Assembly (NCBI GenBank): GCA_964531125.1
Contig: CAZHDA010000002.1
Coordinates: 1 to 29,566 of the forward strand
DNA length: 29,566 bases
Source of the DNA: an uncultured Candidatus Peribacteria bacterium
GTDB taxonomy: Bacteria > Patescibacteriota > Gracilibacteria > UBA1369 > LOWO2-01-FULL-3
Direction of reading: 5' to 3'
This document shows positions 26,115 through 29,566 of the stretch, one piece after another. Within the stretch, counting starts at the first letter, position 1. Each line of letters begins with the position of its first letter. Both the position numbers and the translations under genes were made by a program. Below the pieces are notes generated by a model. The model had not been told where the DNA came from. It was given only the letters and a program-made list of their open reading frames with translations, and searched no databases.

Positions 26115-26468
26115 TTAAGCTTTAGCTGCAGGCGCAGGTGCTGCCGCAGGAGCCGATGGGGCTCCCGGAGTAGCTGCTCCTCCGGAATCTGTTCCGGTGG
26201 CGCGGGCCAACTTACCTCCATGTCCACGGAACTTGCGTCCCGGTGCGAATTCTCCAAGTTTGTGTCCCACCATATTTTCAGTGACGAAAATAGGGAGGAA
26301 CTGGTTTCCATTGTGAACCGCGAAGGTGTGACCTACGAATTCCGGAGCTATGTCAGAGCGGCGTGCCCAAGTTTTGATAGGTTTTTTCTGGCCGGACTGG
26401 TTTAGTCGATCCAGCTTCTTGATCAGCTTCGGGTCTACAAATGGTCCTTTACTTGAACTTCTGGACAT
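26115..26468 (-). CDS. rpsS: 30S ribosomal protein S19 with Ala/Pro-rich C-terminal tail
   Basis: [19 protein letters not shown] and [11 protein letters not shown]. Confidence 0.99.
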   Translation of the reverse strand: MSRSSSKGPFVDPKLIKKLDRLNQSGQKKPIKTWARRSDIAPEFVGHTFAVHNGNQFLPIFVTENMVGHKLGEFAPGRKFRGHGGKLARATGTDSGGAATPGAPSAPAAAPAPAAKA

Positions 26469-26470
26469 GA

Positions 26471-27325
26471 TTATTGATTAGTTAGGGTATTTGATTTGCG
26501 GCGGCGATCACTAACGATCATGCGATCGGTGTAGTGACGACGACGGGTTTTGTGTCCGAGCGCAGGGAGACCCCATGGCGTTTTCGGATGTTTAAGACCA
26601 ATCGGGCTTTTGCCTTCACCACCTCCGTGCGGATGATCCACAGGGTTCATAACCGAGCCGCGAACAGTAGGACGACGGCCACGGTGACGATTGCGACCAG
26701 CTTTGCCGTAAGAGATATTGTTGTGATCCAAATTGCTGACTGTGCCGATGGAAGCGTAACAATCTTTTTCCACCAGTCGGACTTCGCCTGATGGCATTTG
26801 GATTTGGGCTTTATCACTTTCCAAAGAGACGAGACGGATGATAGCGCCAGCGCTTCTACCCATCTGGCCGCCATTTCCCTTGATCATTTCAACATTGTGA
26901 ATGGCATACCCAACCGGAATATTTCTGATTTTCATGCGATTGCCGACTTTTACCTTTGCCTTCGGATTCGTCATGATTTTCGTGCCGACTTTGATCCCGT
27001 CAGGAGCCAAATGATAGCGTTTGACGCCATCTTTGTATTGAACAAGAATGATATAAGCCGTGCGATTTGGATCATACTCAACTGCCTTTACCGTACCTTC
27101 GATATTTATACGATCAATTTGTTTGAAATCGACCATACGATAAAGTTTTCGAGCTCCACCTCCGCGATGACGGCAGGTGATGCGACCCGTGTTGTTTCGA
27201 CCTGCGTTGCGTTTGATGCGAACGAGCAGGCTTTTTTCCGGATAATCCTTGGTTATCTCTTCGAATGTGGCGACGCTCATCTGGCGTCGTCCCGGAGTCG
27301 TTGGTTTGTAAGTTTTTACCGGCAT
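26471..27325 (-). CDS. rplB: 50S ribosomal protein L2
   Basis: EYDPNR, GKAGR and [18 protein letters not shown]. Confidence 0.99.
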   Translation of the reverse strand: MPVKTYKPTTPGRRQMSVATFEEITKDYPEKSLLVRIKRNAGRNNTGRITCRHRGGGARKLYRMVDFKQIDRINIEGTVKAVEYDPNRTAYIILVQYKDGVKRYHLAPDGIKVGTKIMTNPKAKVKVGNRMKIRNIPVGYAIHNVEMIKGNGGQMGRSAGAIIRLVSLESDKAQIQMPSGEVRLVEKDCYASIGTVSNLDHNNISYGKAGRNRHRGRRPTVRGSVMNPVDHPHGGGEGKSPIGLKHPKTPWGLPALGHKTRRRHYTDRMIVSDRRRKSNTLTNQ

Positions 27326-27326
27326 A

Positions 27327-27629
27327 TTATTTCTTTTTTTCAGTTAATTTGTGCGGGTCGATAGTTTGCTTGCCTTTCAGAGTGACTATGACTTTTTTCA
27401 TGATGTTGCGCTTCGTGAGAAGGCGACGGGCGCCGACGAGGCGCGTTTTTCTTGGGCTTATCATCGCTTTTACATTCTTTACTTCGGCGCCATAGATAGC
27501 TTTGATCGCGTTTTTGACATCGATTTTTGTGCTATCACGGCGGACAAAGAAAGCATACTGGCCTTTGCCCTGCTGAGTTGAGCTTTTTTCAGACATAACA
27601 GGTTTCAAAATGTGAGAGTAGATATTCAT
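27327..27629 (-). CDS. rplW: 50S ribosomal protein L23
   Basis: PVMSEKS, YAFFV, KIDVKNAI and KKVIVTL. Confidence 0.97.
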   Translation of the reverse strand: MNIYSHILKPVMSEKSSTQQGKGQYAFFVRRDSTKIDVKNAIKAIYGAEVKNVKAMISPRKTRLVGARRLLTKRNIMKKVIVTLKGKQTIDPHKLTEKKK

Positions 27630-28264
27630 TTTTCAGTTTTAGCCAGAAATAATTCTTTCATCTTTGCCACCGCATCTTTGAAAATAAGTACTTTTTCGAA
27701 TCTTTGAAGATCGTGAATATTTACAAAGTTTGCGATGATAGTTTTTGAATGCGCAATGTTGCGACTGGATTTCTGCACTTTTTCATCTCTTGCAGGCAGA
27801 ACGATCAAAACATCTTTTTCGATAGGCAACTTCTTGATCAGGGCGGCAAAATCTCTCGTCTTTGGTTTTGAAATTTTAAACTCTTCCAAGGCGATAATCT
27901 GATTTTTGCGTGCTTTTTCGGACAATGCGCAGAAAAGCGCTTTGCGGCGTTGTTTTTTTGGCATGGCCACGACAAAATTCCTGGTGTTACGCGGACCAAA
28001 AGAGACGCCGCCTCCAGGCATATGCGGATTTCTGAGATTACCCTGACGGGCGTGCCCTGTTCCTTTTTGACGGAAAGGCTTTTTGCCCGAACCGCGAACC
28101 TCTGCTTTATTCAAAGTGTGAGCTATAGGTTTGCGACGGTTGCCAAGCTGCATTTCCAAAGCTTGATGAACGAGATCTTTATTGAATGGGATTTCGAATA
28201 TCTCTTTTGGCAGTTCAAGCGTGCCGGATTTCTCGCCTGATTGTTTGTATAAGTCTACTTTCAT
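27626..28264 (-). CDS. rplD: 50S ribosomal protein L4 (true start ATG 28264, in ATGA overlap with rplC; ORF track over-extends to 28324)
   Basis: EVRGSGKKPFRQKGTGHARQG and GGGVSFGP. Confidence 0.98.
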   Translation of the reverse strand: MKVDLYKQSGEKSGTLELPKEIFEIPFNKDLVHQALEMQLGNRRKPIAHTLNKAEVRGSGKKPFRQKGTGHARQGNLRNPHMPGGGVSFGPRNTRNFVVAMPKKQRRKALFCALSEKARKNQIIALEEFKISKPKTRDFAALIKKLPIEKDVLIVLPARDEKVQKSSRNIAHSKTIIANFVNIHDLQRFEKVLIFKDAVAKMKELFLAKTEK

Positions 28265-28851
28265 AATGCTGTATTGATAGTCAGGATGGCGCCGGTCGGA
28301 CCTGGGAGGGCACCCTTCAAACAAATAATATTTTTAGTTGTATCGATTTGAACCACCTTTACCTTACTCAGAGTGATTTGCTCATTTCCCATGCGACGAG
28401 CCATTCTTTTTCCCTTGTGGATGCGTCCCGGTTTTGCGCGGCAACCTACTGAACCCGGTTCTCGCATGAAGTGTGAGCCGTGACTGCGCGGACCTCCGCG
28501 GAAATGAAACAGTTTCATGACACCCTGAAAGCCTTTTCCTATTGAAGTTCCGGCAACCTTTACTACTTCGGCATCCTTGAAACTTTCCAATGTAACCATG
28601 TCGCCCTTCTTAAAATTGGCAACCTGATCCTCCGCGACGCGGAATTCTTTTACGAACCTAAATTTTCTCGTTTTGCTAGGATGTTTCAGTTTTGAAAATC
28701 CAAGGACTAGCGCCGGATATCCATCTTTGTCTACCGTCTTGACCTGCGCGATTTCGTTTGGATCGCACTGGACAACGGTGATCGGGATCACGCGGCCATC
28801 GTCTTTCAGAAGACGGGTCATTCCCAGTTTTTTGCCGAGTATACCTGGCAT
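28261..28851 (-). CDS. rplC: 50S ribosomal protein L3
   Basis: GILGKKLGMT, DGYPAL, GKGFQG, HGS...REPGS and KGALPGP. Confidence 0.99.
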   Translation of the reverse strand: MPGILGKKLGMTRLLKDDGRVIPITVVQCDPNEIAQVKTVDKDGYPALVLGFSKLKHPSKTRKFRFVKEFRVAEDQVANFKKGDMVTLESFKDAEVVKVAGTSIGKGFQGVMKLFHFRGGPRSHGSHFMREPGSVGCRAKPGRIHKGKRMARRMGNEQITLSKVKVVQIDTTKNIICLKGALPGPTGAILTINTAL

Positions 28852-28957
28852 AATAATGTTTGTTAGTAGAGGTTAACACCCTTTGACAGGGATTGGCTTG
28901 AAAAGATTTTCGGCAAACCCTTTCTAAAGCGCTAATTAACTTGCATAGCCAAATTGC
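28852..28957 (-). promoter_or_regulatory. Structured 5' leader of the rplC-headed ribosomal operon
   Basis: UUGGCU/AGCCAA pairing (28952-28947 with 28898-28893) encloses the hairpin GAAAGGGUUU-GCCGA-AAAUCUUUUC (28924-28900), which has G-U pairs on the mRNA strand. A small CCCU-GUCAA-AGGG hairpin follows. Confidence 0.45.
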
Positions 28958-28963
28958 TGGGGA

Positions 28964-28992
28964 AATATACAGAGGGGGTGTGTGAGAGTCAA
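28964..28992 (-). promoter_or_regulatory. Sigma70 promoter of the ribosomal superoperon
   Basis: TTGACT (28992-28987), 17 nt ending in TG, TATATT (28969-28964). Confidence 0.8.
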
Positions 28993-29009
28993 GGGATTTT
29001 TGAGACATT

Positions 29010-29566
29010 TTAAAACAGCATTTCAAACGCGGCTCTCGGGATGCCTCTGATTTTTGTGACAATCGAGTTTCCGAGGATTTTTCCGATGTTTTCCGGAAGC
29101 TTTGCTGATGGATCGCGATTGTACTGACTTCTAAAATCACGGAGGATGTTTATGGCTTGTTTTGGCGATATTTTGCGCATCGCGGTGGAAATTTCCATGA
29201 GATTTTCGACGGTCAATCCATAAGTGTCCTTTATCAAATACATTTGATCGAGCAGGCATTCTCTTTCCAAAATGTCCTTTATCTCAAATAAAGAACTGCA
29301 GGAGAGATCTTTGTCCGTAAAATTCGGACTTTGACGCATCTCGTCTCTGATTGTTTCCATATTGTCCGAAATAATTTCGTCGCACTGCGCGATGGCTCCT
29401 TCGTGGTCCGAACGGCTGTCCAAGATTTTGATCGTAAATTTGTCCGAGAGATTGTAACGGCGGACTATTTCGACCGACCGCTGTCTTTCATAAAGGCGAT
29501 TTACGAAAGTTATTATTTCTTCAGGCTTAAAATCCTTCGCCAAAATTTCGGCATCACCTTCTTCTA
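29010..29566 (-). CDS. Hypothetical, probably alpha-helical protein; 5' end beyond the window edge
   Basis: The frame is open from the edge (..EEGDAEILAKDFKPEE...) to TAA 29010. The ORF-track start at 29543 is an internal TTG. No recognisable motif. Confidence 0.65.
   Translation of the reverse strand, partial: EEGDAEILAKDFKPEEIITFVNRLYERQRSVEIVRRYNLSDKFTIKILDSRSDHEGAIAQCDEIISDNMETIRDEMRQSPNFTDKDLSCSSLFEIKDILERECLLDQMYLIKDTYGLTVENLMEISTAMRKISPKQAINILRDFRSQYNRDPSAKLPENIGKILGNSIVTKIRGIPRAAFEMLF

Noticed and set aside
26115-26220. Tandem repeat or CRISPR-like array in the rpsS tail
   Set aside because: It is only low-complexity Ala/Pro coding, with no fixed-length repeats or spacers. No CRISPR, tRNA or rRNA was seen anywhere in the window.
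26798-27364. Long antisense or alternative-frame ORFs (also 2855-3367, 9692-10075, 18919-19323, 19038-19316, 28676-29140 and others)
   Set aside because: They are shadows of strongly conserved genes, have no motifs and are explained by codon bias on the coding strand.
27626-28324. N-terminal extension on L4 suggested by the ORF track
   Set aside because: The extra 20 codons overlap the rplC end. ATG 28264 forms a typical ATGA coupling and gives a normal-length L4.
13304-28851. Inteins, introns or programmed frameshifts in ribosomal genes
   Set aside because: All genes have normal or near-normal lengths with continuous motifs.
1-29566. Genetic code 25 (UGA=Gly), as in Gracilibacteria sensu stricto and Absconditabacteria
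   Set aside because: All conserved genes are full length under code 11, and TGA ends pyrC, pyrE, vapC, infA, map and rplC at the expected positions.

Overview
A 29.6 kb core-genome window, most likely from a Patescibacteria/CPR bacterium using the standard genetic code (Peregrinibacteria-like; inferred from the missing rpmD/uL30, absent Shine-Dalgarno motifs, TGA used as stop and a complete pyrimidine pathway). There are three blocks. (1) Positions 1-7311 hold a de novo pyrimidine cluster: carA (minus strand, truncated by the window edge) diverges from pyrB-pyrC-pyrD-pyrK-pyrE, followed by a vapBC-type toxin-antitoxin pair and pyrF. (2) Positions 7308-13282 on the minus strand hold a tightly coupled run: intact type II P-type ATPase, trmD, a 597-aa catalytically degenerate P-type ATPase homolog, DUF167 and ksgA. 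(3) Positions 13304-28851 on the minus strand hold the S10/spc/alpha ribosomal superoperon from rplC to rplM-rpsI, without rpsJ or rpmD. An unknown ORF runs off the right edge. The best leads are the pseudo-P-type ATPase beside an active pump, back-to-back carA/pyrB promoters that share one palindromic -35 hexamer (TTGCAA) with a probably leaderless carA, the TA module with a palindromic operator sitting directly upstream of pyrF, an SD-free A(-3) start context, two structured r-protein leaders, and the ribosomal operon lying on the C-rich strand. No rRNA, tRNA, CRISPR or IS element was recognised. All calls come from reading the sequence by eye; no searches were run.
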